A DNA stretch of 64,000 bases from Promethearchaeota archaeon Loki_b31 (GTDB lineage: Archaea > Asgardarchaeota > Lokiarchaeia > Sigyniarchaeales > SOKP01), in the NCBI GenBank assembly GCA_005222975.1, contig NJBI01000008.1, forward strand, positions 1 through 64,000, written 5' to 3'. The notes under the pieces are model-generated. The model saw only the letters and a list, made by a program, of their open reading frames with translations, was not told the DNA's origin and searched no databases. The translations under genes were made by a program, and so were the position numbers. Below are positions 31,416 through 41,674 of this stretch, piece by piece. Numbering within the stretch: position 1 is the first letter of the stretch; each line of letters starts with the position of its first letter.

Positions 31416-32633
31416 TTGAGTAGTGTCGATAGTAAACTTTATCAATACGCTGTTCAAGAAGCACAAGCTGCGGTTGCGTTAGACGAAAAGGGACATTATA
31501 GACAAGCGCTAAATAAATATCAAAGAGCCGCAGAAATTCTAATTCAATTCGTACAATATAATAAAAACCCAATAATGGTTAGAAAATGTCACGACCAAAT
31601 TGAACAGTATATTAATCGTGCTAACGTACTAAAAGCACATTTAAGTGGCCCTCGTGCTAGAAAAGGAAGGCCCTCTATGGGTACAAGTGAAGCCAAAGAT
31701 AGCGAGGGAAAGGGAGAGGAAGGACAATATTCTGCTGAAGAACAAGAAATTATAGATTCGATTTCAGGTACAATATTAACAGAATCTCCTAATGTAAGGT
31801 GGAACGATATTGCGGGCTTAAAGTCGTCTAAACAAGCTTTAAGAGAAGCAATAGTCTTGCCAATTATGAAACCCAAACTTTTTACGGGAGCAAGAAAACC
31901 ATGGTCAGGCATTTTATTGTTTGGCCCACCTGGATGTGGAAAAACCCTTTTAGCGAGAGCTGCTGCTACGGAATGTGCAGCAACATTTTTTAGCGTCTCG
32001 TCCGCAGATTTATTAAGCAAATGGTTAGGCGAAAGTGAGAAATTAATTAGCTCGCTTTTTAAAGTTGCTCGAATTAAAGCTCCAAGTTTAATTTTTATGG
32101 ATGAAATTGACTCGGTGGCAACTAAGAGAGGCGAAGGGCACGAAGGTGGAGGCGAAAGACGGGTAAAAACGCAATTGTTAAGCGAAATTCAAGGCATTAA
32201 ATCGGGTTCTAAAAAACCGTTATTAGTTTTAGGCGCTACTAATCGACCTTGGGACATTGACGCTGCTATGCTTAGTAGATTTGAAAAGAAAGTGTATGTA
32301 CCGCTTCCAGATCTAACAGCCAGAATTGGAATCTTTAAAATTCATACCGCAGGTATTAATATGGCGTTAACTGAAGAAGATTTTATCGAATTAGGAGTTA
32401 GATCTGAAAGATATTCTGGAAGAGATATTTCTAACGTGTGCCGCGAAGTTATTATGCTTCCAATTAGAGAATTAGATATGAGTGGACTTTTAGAAAACTC
32501 CGATCAAGAAATAATTGTAAGGGATATTAATTTAAAAGATTTTACTAAAACATTAAAAAAAGTTAAGCCAATGACAACTAACGCTGCTCTAAAGCGATAC
32601 GAACAATGGGCAAAAGATTTTGGAGAATATTAA
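31416..32633 (+). CDS. vps4: Vps4 AAA+ ATPase with N-terminal MIT domain
   Basis: AVALDEKGHY..AL..Y MIT; GPPGCGKT, SKWLGESEK, FMDEIDS, GATNRPW, YEQWAKDFG. Confidence 0.95.
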   Translation: MSSVDSKLYQYAVQEAQAAVALDEKGHYRQALNKYQRAAEILIQFVQYNKNPIMVRKCHDQIEQYINRANVLKAHLSGPRARKGRPSMGTSEAKDSEGKGEEGQYSAEEQEIIDSISGTILTESPNVRWNDIAGLKSSKQALREAIVLPIMKPKLFTGARKPWSGILLFGPPGCGKTLLARAAATECAATFFSVSSADLLSKWLGESEKLISSLFKVARIKAPSLIFMDEIDSVATKRGEGHEGGGERRVKTQLLSEIQGIKSGSKKPLLVLGATNRPWDIDAAMLSRFEKKVYVPLPDLTARIGIFKIHTAGINMALTEEDFIELGVRSERYSGRDISNVCREVIMLPIRELDMSGLLENSDQEIIVRDINLKDFTKTLKKVKPMTTNAALKRYEQWAKDFGEY

Positions 32634-32645
32634 TAAAAATTTAAG

Positions 32646-33557
32646 TTGGAAAATATGGAGAGGCAAAAAGTAAAACCGAAAGAAGTTCCTAAAGAAGTTA
32701 AAGAAAAAGCAGATAAGGAACTTGAAGACTTAAGGAAAGAATTGGCTCGGTTAAAAGAACTAAGAAGCCAAAAAACGATAGAAAAACACGAATCGATACA
32801 AGAAGTGGGTACAGAAGAAATTGTTGAGGAAGAAACAATCGAAAAATTACCAAACGAAGAAATAGAGGCACGTTTAGATAAAATTGAAGACTTTCTCACC
32901 TCAAAGCTAGGAGAAATCGACCAAGAAACGTATAAACAGAATGCCGTTCAAATCGAGAAAGAGCTTCAAGAGATTGAGTTAGAAATAATAAGAGAGAAGG
33001 GTGTTGTTGCCAGAGAAATATCAACTTACGAGTTGTTATTGAACGATTACCCTTGGCTCGAAGAAAAAAGATATGTTTTCATGTTTTCTCTTCCTAATAA
33101 AAAAATAGACCTTAAGGATTACGAATCCTGGAAAAATGAGTGGTCCAAAGTTATTTTTGACTACGCTCGGTACGCTATTCTTCATATATTATATCTAAGA
33201 AAGTTAGAATCCGAGAAACCCTTTTCTAAATTTGATAATCGCAACTCAGCTTTAAAGGAAATCGCTGAAGAACTAGTAAATAAAGAACAAGCTGAATGGT
33301 TATCAAAAAGTAAAGAGAAATTAAGAGTTTATTGGAAAAGTTTGGATAATTGGGCCGAAGAAATCTACGATTGGGCAATGGAAATTTCACCATTAGAACC
33401 AATATTAATATTTGAAATAAGAGAATCTAACAAAGAATTTAACACGCTTCCCCACAACGACATTCTAAAAATATTTAAAATATTGGAAAAGGATAAGAGA
33501 GGGAAGATTATAAAACTAGATGACGGTCAGCTTTCTTTTAAAATTAAAATAGAATAA
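32646..33557 (+). CDS. vps25: ESCRT-II Vps25-like protein with long N-terminal coiled-coil extension
   Basis: WKNEWSKVIFDY and VYWKSLDNWAEEIYDWA winged-helix motifs; 12 nt downstream of vps4. Confidence 0.8.
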   Translation: MENMERQKVKPKEVPKEVKEKADKELEDLRKELARLKELRSQKTIEKHESIQEVGTEEIVEEETIEKLPNEEIEARLDKIEDFLTSKLGEIDQETYKQNAVQIEKELQEIELEIIREKGVVAREISTYELLLNDYPWLEEKRYVFMFSLPNKKIDLKDYESWKNEWSKVIFDYARYAILHILYLRKLESEKPFSKFDNRNSALKEIAEELVNKEQAEWLSKSKEKLRVYWKSLDNWAEEIYDWAMEISPLEPILIFEIRESNKEFNTLPHNDILKIFKILEKDKRGKIIKLDDGQLSFKIKIE

Positions 33558-33562
33558 AACGC

Positions 33563-34279
33563 TTATATTGAAGGGAAATACCACTGCTTTCCTTTTAAAA
33601 GAGATTCCCTAAATTTAGCAACTCCACTATCTTCTAACGATTTTAAGGTTTGTAGTGCGCGATCCTGAGACCATGTTAGAGCAACACAAACATCTTCAAG
33701 CGATATATAGCCTTTTTCTTTTGCTATACCTATAACTTTCACTTGATCGTTAGTATATTGTACTGGAAAGAACCTTACCATTACGGAACTGCCCCTTAAT
33801 TCTTGTAGTTCCTCTATGACACGATCTTTTTTCAGAATCTTTAATGCTTTGAGTAAATCTTTAATATCTAATACTTCTTTTAAAATACCTGTATTTACTA
33901 AGGCATAAACTTCAGAAATGGGCATTAAACCAACTCCAATTTCTTCTTTTTGCATCAAAACTCTTTGGTAGGCAAGCATTCCTAACTTTTCGTGGTCGAT
34001 TTTTGAAAACTTCTTCAAAACATCGTTTTCCGTGATTTGTTCCGTTATGATTTTTGAAGATGGTATGTTGTACTTTTTTTGTAAATCTCTAACTTGATCC
34101 TTCAATTCAGGAGTTAAAGCTAATATAACACCGTGTTTTTTTGCCAGTTCCCGAAGTCTTTCTTTTGTAAAGTTTTCTGTAGAAGCTTTCGCTTGAATGT
34201 CTTTTATTTTTAATTCTGCTGCCTTCCTTTTCATAGCTTCTCTTAAATCAATTTCATCTTCAATCTTTCGAATGCCCAT
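33563..34279 (-). CDS. ESCRT-II Vps22/36-like (EAP30) protein
   Basis: MGIRKI start, LRELAKKH, GLMPISEV, LTWSQDRA..L..L...G, WYFPS end. Confidence 0.8.
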   Translation of the reverse strand: MGIRKIEDEIDLREAMKRKAAELKIKDIQAKASTENFTKERLRELAKKHGVILALTPELKDQVRDLQKKYNIPSSKIITEQITENDVLKKFSKIDHEKLGMLAYQRVLMQKEEIGVGLMPISEVYALVNTGILKEVLDIKDLLKALKILKKDRVIEELQELRGSSVMVRFFPVQYTNDQVKVIGIAKEKGYISLEDVCVALTWSQDRALQTLKSLEDSGVAKFRESLLKGKQWYFPSI

Positions 34280-34358
34280 TTTTATTTTACACTATTTTTT
34301 AATACCTTTATTGATTAATAATTATAAAACTACTTATTTCTTTTTATTTTATTCGAGA

Positions 34359-34937
34359 ATGAGAGATTTGAAAACATTTAGGTTTGTTAATAAAATTGAA
34401 ACAACGATGATTTACGACTCCCTTATAAAATTATCCCCCAATATATTTCTCTTTTTCGAGAAAAACGACTATAGATTATATATTTCCTTAAATGAGTTGG
34501 AAGCAGAAAGCAAGTTTCCCTCAATTTTTTTAATTTCAAAAGATCAACTTAAATTATTACGGACTTTAAAAAACAATAAAATTATCTCAGCAGGTTTATA
34601 TTTTGGTTTTATTAAGAAAGGAAATTTCTATCTCAGTTTAGAAGGTGCAGAATTTCTGTATAATAATAATTTGTTTTCTGATCTTAAGAGAATTCATTTG
34701 AATGATAAGGGAGAAAAATCCATTCTTTATGGAAATAGTGTTTTAAAAAATATGATTCACGCTATTCCCGGTTCGTTAAAGAAGAATGATATTTTATTGA
34801 TTTTTAATAGAAATGATGAAATTATAGCATTAGCCCAATCTAAATATAATTATCAAAATATTCAAAAACTCAAACCGAAAGAAATTATTGCTATTAATTT
34901 AAATGATAAAGGTTATTATTTAAGAAGAAATCAATGA
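34359..34937 (+). CDS. Nip7-like ribosome biogenesis protein (PUA domain)
   Basis: AGLYFG, LSLEGA, GEKSILYG..VLK, DKGYYLR. Confidence 0.75.
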   Translation: MRDLKTFRFVNKIETTMIYDSLIKLSPNIFLFFEKNDYRLYISLNELEAESKFPSIFLISKDQLKLLRTLKNNKIISAGLYFGFIKKGNFYLSLEGAEFLYNNNLFSDLKRIHLNDKGEKSILYGNSVLKNMIHAIPGSLKKNDILLIFNRNDEIIALAQSKYNYQNIQKLKPKEIIAINLNDKGYYLRRNQ

Positions 34938-35152
34938 TTAGATAACTTTTCTACTAGAAAAAGAAAGATAAAACGGAAAATTGAATCATTATATTATCCT
35001 CTTAAATTAAGTTAACATTGAATTTCGCTTCAATATCTCTTCCGTTGTAAAAAGAATCACACACTAAAATTTACTTTTTTTGCATATATAAATCTATTAG
35101 GACTGAATTTCGAAAAAATAAAACAATCACTCATTAAACCTTAAAATAGAAA

Positions 35153-35358
35153 AGGAGAAATCGACCAAGAAACGTATAAACAGAATGCCGTTCAAATCGA
35201 GAAAGAGCTTCAAGAGATTGAGTTAGAAATAATAAGAGAGAAGGGTGTTGTTGCCAGAGAAATATCAACTTACGAGTTGTTATTGAACGATTACCCTTGG
35301 CTCGAAGAAAAAAGATATGTTTTCATGTTTTCTCTTCCTAATAAAAAAATAGACCTTA
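35153..35358 (+). repeat. 206-bp perfect direct copy of 32909-33114 (internal vps25 segment)
   Basis: Base-by-base identity from AGGAGAAATCGACC to ATAGACCTTA. Confidence 0.95.
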
Positions 35359-35381
35359 TTGATTAAAAATCATAAAACTGG

Positions 35382-36716
35382 TTAATTCAACTTATCCAAA
35401 TCTGTATCTTCAATCATATATTGAACTTTTTCTTCAGAAATTCGCTTAGTTTCATCTAGTAAATCATTATAAAGAGTAAAAAACTCCGAAGAAAGTCCAA
35501 GAGGTGATTTTAGTAGTTCAATTTTTATTGCTTGATACTCTTTTTCATCCGTAAAGATATTGTTCAGTTTATTCTCTATCTCTAATGGTATTTTCGCAAA
35601 TTTTCCCGCTAATAATAATGGTTGTTTTTTACTTTTAATATTTTTATAAGGAAAATTAGAAAAATATTTTTCAATCAATTTAAATGCTCCCTCGTATTGG
35701 GCTATATCCTTAACCTGTTTTTTCAACTCTCGTTCGAATTTTTGCTCAAAATCTCGAGTAAATTGTACAACACACTCTCGTAGTAATTTAGAGTATTTAG
35801 ATGCGACTAGTCCAACTGAAATTAATTCAGATTCATATAATGTAAGGATACCTTCTTCTAATTTAATGTCTAATAGCCCCCCCATATTTATAACTTCTTC
35901 ACTCATAAGTTGCACAGCATTTAGAAATCCTGTAAAAATTGATTCACTTAAGTTAGATCTAGACCAATCGTGATCGAATAATGGATTTCCTTCTCGATCT
36001 CTTACAACAATCCTATTAACAGTAAATGGTAAAATATAAAGGAGTTTAGGCTCTCTTAATATTCCTAAACAAACAATTAAGTTTCCTAAACCTGTAGTAG
36101 CGTAAGCAAATAGAATAAAAATTGGATTCCAATAATAAAAAAGGTATATAATTAGAGTTAATGGTCCATTTATTACAGTACCAATAAAAAATATAAGAGC
36201 TTCTCTTTTTATCAAAAATGGAGCATTCAACCAAGTTTTTAAACCCCAATAAAACGATGCACTACCAACAAAGAATATAAAAAATGAACCCACCGCTTCA
36301 TACAATCCAATCCAATTCATATTTAAAAACCCTCCCGCAAATTCAAATCCGACAGCTCCAGGTTGAAATGCAAGAAAACAATATAAAACACCTAACCCAA
36401 CTACTATAATTAAGAAAGGTGAATTAGATGTTTCTTTAATCGTATAATTAATCCCAATCGCAAAAAACACTGCACTAGGCAATAGCATAAGACCAGAAAT
36501 CCGAGAAAGTAATGTGATCAAAAAAAGATTTGCCAACAAGTCTAATGTAAAGAGCATGCCCATAAAAAAGAGACCTAATCTAATATAAGATAGAGATTTT
36601 ATATTCTTAGTTCTAGGTGTAATGTACATTAATAGAGTAGCTAGTAGGGTAATTGCGCTTGTGAAAATTTCAACAATTACTTCAGGTGTCCAATTTAATA
36701 CCATTTTCCCCTTCAC
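35382..36716 (-). CDS. 7-TM membrane protein fused to a C-terminal longin-like domain
   Basis: Seven hydrophobic segments, then RIVVRDREGNPLF...IFTGFLNAVQLMSEEV...VGLVAS. Confidence 0.65.
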   Translation of the reverse strand: MKGKMVLNWTPEVIVEIFTSAITLLATLLMYITPRTKNIKSLSYIRLGLFFMGMLFTLDLLANLFLITLLSRISGLMLLPSAVFFAIGINYTIKETSNSPFLIIVVGLGVLYCFLAFQPGAVGFEFAGGFLNMNWIGLYEAVGSFFIFFVGSASFYWGLKTWLNAPFLIKREALIFFIGTVINGPLTLIIYLFYYWNPIFILFAYATTGLGNLIVCLGILREPKLLYILPFTVNRIVVRDREGNPLFDHDWSRSNLSESIFTGFLNAVQLMSEEVINMGGLLDIKLEEGILTLYESELISVGLVASKYSKLLRECVVQFTRDFEQKFERELKKQVKDIAQYEGAFKLIEKYFSNFPYKNIKSKKQPLLLAGKFAKIPLEIENKLNNIFTDEKEYQAIKIELLKSPLGLSSEFFTLYNDLLDETKRISEEKVQYMIEDTDLDKLN

Positions 36717-36730
36717 ACGCTTAATTTAAA

Positions 36731-37447
36731 TTATTTTTTATATAAACTTATTTTGATATTATTTAATATATTAATAGCATCCTCTTGTTTATCTGGATTT
36801 AAATAGACTTCTTTACTTGGATCTTCTTTAAAGCAAATTAAATCGTAATCAATTAAATTATTTAGTCGATAATTGACTTTTTCTCGTTTTTCATCTATTG
36901 ATTTAAAAACTTCTGAATTTTTAATTGAATTTTGTGTTGTTAATAAGTCTAGAATTTTCCTATTTATCTTATCTCTTAATAAAAAATAAATTATTCCTAA
37001 CTCAACTTCCATCTCAATGGGAAGAAACACTGTGTAATTTCCTACTTTAATTTTCTTGATATAATTAAATTTTAATAACATCTCTAAGTGCCATACTAAT
37101 TGCCCTGAACTCCCCGATTCATCAGATAACGCCTTCTTTCTTAAAATAGAAAAGTGTGCGCCGGGGTTCACTCTAATGAAATTGTAAATCCCTCTTCTAG
37201 TAGGATTTGAAAGAACAGTTTCCCTTGAAAACTTTGAACCTTCAATTAAAATTTTTTTATTTATTAAAAATTGAATTATAAATAAGAGTCCGTTTCTAGG
37301 TAATTTCAAGCTTTTTTTTGCCACATTGTAGAGAGTCTCTATATTTAAGACTTTATTTTTACTCATAATAGCCTCAGCTATCTCTATAACTCTCTTCACA
37401 TTAGGATGCTCTAATCCCATAGATTTAGATAAAATCTTGATTTCCAT
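36731..37447 (-). CDS. Tandem winged-helix transcriptional regulator
   Basis: RRGIYNFIRVNPGAHFS, LVWHLEML, VNYRLNNL; the upstream ORF extension looks non-coding. Confidence 0.75.
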   Translation of the reverse strand: MEIKILSKSMGLEHPNVKRVIEIAEAIMSKNKVLNIETLYNVAKKSLKLPRNGLLFIIQFLINKKILIEGSKFSRETVLSNPTRRGIYNFIRVNPGAHFSILRKKALSDESGSSGQLVWHLEMLLKFNYIKKIKVGNYTVFLPIEMEVELGIIYFLLRDKINRKILDLLTTQNSIKNSEVFKSIDEKREKVNYRLNNLIDYDLICFKEDPSKEVYLNPDKQEDAINILNNIKISLYKK

Positions 37448-37878
37448 AATAGAGATAACTAATTGTATTATATGATTGAAATATACACAGTATTCTTGAA
37501 ATTCAAGGGCTTTCAGAATTTCAAGTTTTATTGATTTCCTAAAGTTGGTAACTATTATACTTCTGTTAAGAAATCTATAAAGATTACTTCTTAATAAATA
37601 TAGATATAATTGATCGTTGAAAACAAATAAAATGGAAATAGTTCTTAACTTTTTTGAAAGCCTAAAAAATTTATAGCTTCTTTTATTGATTGTTTTAATC
37701 CTCCTATTATTTTGTAGAACTAACACATTAATTTTTTCAAGAATATTAGACTTTTTCTTAAGGTACCTATTAAGAAGATTCAACATAACAATGAGGATTC
37801 CACTAAAAATGCAACTTATAATTTACAAGTAATTTATTTTATCCTATAAATCTATATAGACCAAAATTCCCAAATTTA

Positions 37879-38784
37879 TTAATCTTCTTTTTTTATAAGA
37901 CAAAAATAGAAGCCAATAGTATTATGAAGATGAGGATACAAGCGTTGTGAAAACATTAAATCTTCTAATAAATTGACTCCAAAAACATTAGTTAATCCTT
38001 TCACGCCATAATTTTTGGAAATTTCAACGATTTTAAAATTATTAGATTTGTTCAATACTTCATCAACAACTAGCTCATTTTCTTCAGGGGCAATAGAACA
38101 AGTACAATATAAAAGCATCCCTCCTGAATTTAATGCTTTCAACCCGGTAGTTAATAACCTCTTTTGAATTGAAGACATTTTTTCAATATCTTTCATTTTT
38201 TTACTTTTTTTCCTGCTTGGATCTTGTCTTATTAATCCTTCCCCCGTACATGGAGCATCTAATAGAATTTTATCTCCTTTAACATTCATATTTGATAAAT
38301 TAATAGCATCCATATTAAGTACAATTGAATTAATAATTCCCATTCTTCTTAGGTTGACTTCTAAAGCGGGAATTCGATTTAAATTCTTTTCAATCAAAAT
38401 AAGCGTTCCTTCATTTTCCATTAGTTGAGCTAAGTGTGTTGATTTACTTCCTGGAGCTGCACACATATCAATTACAATATCATTTGGTTTAGGATCGAGA
38501 ATAATAGCTGAAAGCATTGAAGCGATATTTTGCAAATAATAATAACCTTGTAGAAATTCATGAGAAGAGCCTAAATTAGAACTTACTTTAACAATCTTAA
38601 ATCCATAAGGAACCCATTCAATTGGTTTTAACTCATTTCCTTTCTTTTCTATTCGTTTTTTTAATTCTAATACAGATGTTTTAAGAGTATTAACACGTAT
38701 TGAAGGTATTAATGGCCGCTCATTTGCCTCTAATAATTTTAATGTTTCATCTAATCCTAAGAATTGAATATATCTTTCAATCAT
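37879..38784 (-). CDS. NOL1/NOP2/Sun RNA m5C methyltransferase
   Basis: IRVNTLK, DMCAAPGSKS, LLDAPCTGEG, YCTCSI.PEENE. Confidence 0.93.
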   Translation of the reverse strand: MIERYIQFLGLDETLKLLEANERPLIPSIRVNTLKTSVLELKKRIEKKGNELKPIEWVPYGFKIVKVSSNLGSSHEFLQGYYYLQNIASMLSAIILDPKPNDIVIDMCAAPGSKSTHLAQLMENEGTLILIEKNLNRIPALEVNLRRMGIINSIVLNMDAINLSNMNVKGDKILLDAPCTGEGLIRQDPSRKKSKKMKDIEKMSSIQKRLLTTGLKALNSGGMLLYCTCSIAPEENELVVDEVLNKSNNFKIVEISKNYGVKGLTNVFGVNLLEDLMFSQRLYPHLHNTIGFYFCLIKKED

Positions 38785-38929
38785 ATAAGGGAGATATCCA
38801 AATTCTTCCGCAAGTTTATGAGCAGTTTTAACCTTCTGGGAAATTAAATATCAACTCTAAGTGAAACTATTATTACTTAATAAAAATTAATCTATTATAT
38901 TTGTTATTAATATAGAAAAGAGTAGCATT

Positions 38930-39544
38930 ATGATTGAAGTCGAAATTAAAGTTAAAATTTCTGATCCTAATCAAATGAGGAAAAGATTTGAAGAGAACAA
39001 AGGGGTTTACAAAATTTCTTTACATCATGAAGATACATATTTTAATATGCCTAAAGGATTAAGGGATTTTAAACAAACTGACGAAGCACTAAGATTAAGA
39101 AAATCCATTGAATTTAATAAGGATAATCCAGAAAAAACTCAGAAAATTAATTATTTTATAACTTATAAAGGGAAAAAGATTGACAAAACAACCAAAACAC
39201 GAGAAGAATTCGAAATTAGAATAAGTGAAATTGAAGAAATGAAAAATCTTCTTAAAATATTAGGGTTTCAAGAAGTTTTCACTGTCGTTAAAGAAAGAGA
39301 ATTATATGAATTTTTATTTAAAGACGTGAGAATCGAAGCTTTAATCGATTATTTACCTATTTTAAAGCAACATTTCGTAGAAGTTGAATTAATGACCGAA
39401 TCGTATGAAGATATAAAGAAAAGTAGAAAGATTCTTTTTCAATTTTTAGAGAAATTTGGAATTAAGAAGGAAAAATCAATTAGAAAGTCTTATTTGGAAT
39501 TAATTGCAGGAAAATTAAAAAAAAAGGATTTAAAAGATAAGTAG
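38930..39544 (+). CDS. cyaB: CYTH-domain protein (class IV adenylate cyclase family)
   Basis: IEVEIK, DTYF, ALRLR, TYKG, FVEVE, SYLEL. Confidence 0.88.
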   Translation: MIEVEIKVKISDPNQMRKRFEENKGVYKISLHHEDTYFNMPKGLRDFKQTDEALRLRKSIEFNKDNPEKTQKINYFITYKGKKIDKTTKTREEFEIRISEIEEMKNLLKILGFQEVFTVVKERELYEFLFKDVRIEALIDYLPILKQHFVEVELMTESYEDIKKSRKILFQFLEKFGIKKEKSIRKSYLELIAGKLKKKDLKDK

Positions 39545-39549
39545 GTATT

Positions 39550-39738
39550 CTACTTAATTATTAATTTATCGAGTTCTGCTATTTCTTTCTCTAATTTTAT
39601 TCGATATAGCCTTAAATCATAATTCTGATAGACTTTTTTTATTAAATCTTTCTGTATAGATTGCGATTTTTTCGATATTTCGTGAATGACACTCAAAAAT
39701 TCATAATATCCAACATTATCTTCTTTTAATTCATTCAT
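39550..39738 (-). CDS. Small hypothetical protein
   Basis: 62-aa ORF with host-like composition. Confidence 0.4.
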   Translation of the reverse strand: MNELKEDNVGYYEFLSVIHEISKKSQSIQKDLIKKVYQNYDLRLYRIKLEKEIAELDKLIIK

Positions 39739-40095
39739 TATCTTTCAATTCTCCATTTTAAGTTATTTTTATTTTCTTACAATTACAAAATAGCAATATA
39801 CAATTAAAAATAATATGGAGTCCAGTCTTTACGGGTTCAGAATTCTGAGTAATACTAAATAATGTGATTCTGTAACACTTTAAAATATTAAATGGGAAGA
39901 CAATCCCATTTTTAAAGCGGTTTATATCTTCAAGTCTTCATCTATTCTTCTTTTCTTTCTGATCTTAAGTCGAACGAATGATATAGGATGCAATTCTGAA
40001 GATTTTAGAGTCCTATAAGCGATTAAATGAATTACTTTTGAAATTGTATGAACTTGTATGTAGATTAGGAGTATTTTTTCAAAAATGAAATAGTT

Positions 40096-40383
40096 TTACG
40101 CTGATTTTTTCTTTAATTCGGTATATTCTCCATCTATTATTTGGGAGATGTATCTCCTTCCTTTAATTATCCACATAATTTTATGGCCCTCTCGAGCTTT
40201 TTTCCCCCATTCTGACTTTTTGTTGCGATTTTGTTCTATAAAGCGATACCCAAATAAATCAACATATTTAATTCCGTTTGAAAATTTTTTAATGGGGTAT
40301 TCGATCTCTTCAATTTCAACATTTTTTTCTCCTTGAAATATGGCATTATAAATTTTTAACCCGTTTTTTTCTAAATCTTCCAT
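40096..40383 (-). CDS. Hypothetical protein
   Basis: 95 aa; FIEQN..K.S.WG..AR.GHKIMW; co-oriented with upstream genes. Confidence 0.7.
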   Translation of the reverse strand: MEDLEKNGLKIYNAIFQGEKNVEIEEIEYPIKKFSNGIKYVDLFGYRFIEQNRNKKSEWGKKAREGHKIMWIIKGRRYISQIIDGEYTELKKKSA

Positions 40384-40408
40384 GTTTTTTACTCCATATA
40401 TTATTCTA

Positions 40409-41674
40409 TTAGAATTTTTTGATGTTACTCTTTAAATAGAAAGATTCGAGATTATTTAACTTTTTTATCGATTCAGGCACATTATTTATTTTATTAAAGC
40501 TAAGGTTGAGCACTTTTAACCATTTAAGCCTCCCAATAGTTTCTGGAATAAGGTGTAAGTTTTGATCGATTAAAATTAATTCTTCTAGAAATTCTAAACT
40601 ACAAAGCTCTTTTGGAAACACACCAATTCGAGATTCTGTTGATAAATAAATAATTTTGGTGATATGCCCTACATTGTTTACTTCATAATGTACGGCTCCT
40701 TCAGAATCAATCTTTCCATCTCCTTGCATTTTCTTACATGTTAGCCCTGTTAGAATCTCTAATAAACCCAGGATATGAACTTCTGATTTTTTAACTCCCT
40801 CAAATATATACTTATGGACGTATTCGTTTTTGCTTGCAATCTCTACAACCCAGCTAGGTAAACTGTCTAACTGATTGTTGCTTAAAATTAATTTCTTAAG
40901 TGACAAAAGATTTGGGCACATATCTGGATATTTTTTTAGTTTACAATATGATATTTCCAAGAATTCTAATTTTGATAGCTTACAAATCGACGATGGAATT
41001 TCTTTAAGGCCTTTGAGAGACAAACTTAATATGAAACCTTTTTTGGCAGCTCTAACGCGACCTAGTCCTTTATACCCTATTTCGGTATTTTCTTTAATTA
41101 GTACTTGTTTAGCTTCGTCTGATAACTCAAACTTTTGTAAAAAATTCTTTAATTCGCTCCTAAATTTCCTATAATCTAAATAATCGATATCGAGAACAAA
41201 TTTTGAGTCTGCTGAGTTTAAGTTATAATAAGTTCTAATCTTTTTTAACGCTTTTTCTCGAATTTCTTCAAATTGAGGATACTCTTCTGTTTCAAATAAA
41301 TCTAATAGTTTTTTAAAGAAATATATAGATTTTTCATTTTGGATCGCCCATAATAAAGGTTCATGTTCCCGTGTTGGAAAGTTCTGGATCAATACTTTAG
41401 CTGCTTCAAATCTAACTAATGTAGACTCATCAGAAATTAAGCAATTTTCTATTATGTTAAAGGTTAGTTCGTCTTCAATCGATAATTTACCGATATATTC
41501 TAAGCTTGAATATCTAATAGCCTCATTATCACTTTTATTTATTAACGATTCGAAAAGCTTTAAGGCGTCCTTCTTTCCTACTTCGTTATTAAGTACTTTG
41601 AAATAAATTTTTTCAGGTGTTAATTGATCGCTCATTTTTACTTTATACTTTCTTTTACTACTTCGTGATGACAT
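40409..41674 (-). CDS. HEAT-like + leucine-rich-repeat protein
   Basis: CLISDES..VRFEAA; LxxLxLxxN repeats. Confidence 0.8.
   Translation of the reverse strand: MSSRSSKRKYKVKMSDQLTPEKIYFKVLNNEVGKKDALKLFESLINKSDNEAIRYSSLEYIGKLSIEDELTFNIIENCLISDESTLVRFEAAKVLIQNFPTREHEPLLWAIQNEKSIYFFKKLLDLFETEEYPQFEEIREKALKKIRTYYNLNSADSKFVLDIDYLDYRKFRSELKNFLQKFELSDEAKQVLIKENTEIGYKGLGRVRAAKKGFILSLSLKGLKEIPSSICKLSKLEFLEISYCKLKKYPDMCPNLLSLKKLILSNNQLDSLPSWVVEIASKNEYVHKYIFEGVKKSEVHILGLLEILTGLTCKKMQGDGKIDSEGAVHYEVNNVGHITKIIYLSTESRIGVFPKELCSLEFLEELILIDQNLHLIPETIGRLKWLKVLNLSFNKINNVPESIKKLNNLESFYLKSNIKKF

Noticed and set aside
32909-35358. 206-bp repeat as a DGR template/variable pair
   Set aside because: The copies are identical with no adenine-specific mismatches, and no reverse transcriptase lies in the window
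37448-37786. Long N-terminal ORF extensions (this one; also nikR 15923-16006 and nip7 34197-34358)
   Set aside because: Low-complexity AT-rich translations or overlaps with neighbouring genes; family similarity starts at downstream ATGs
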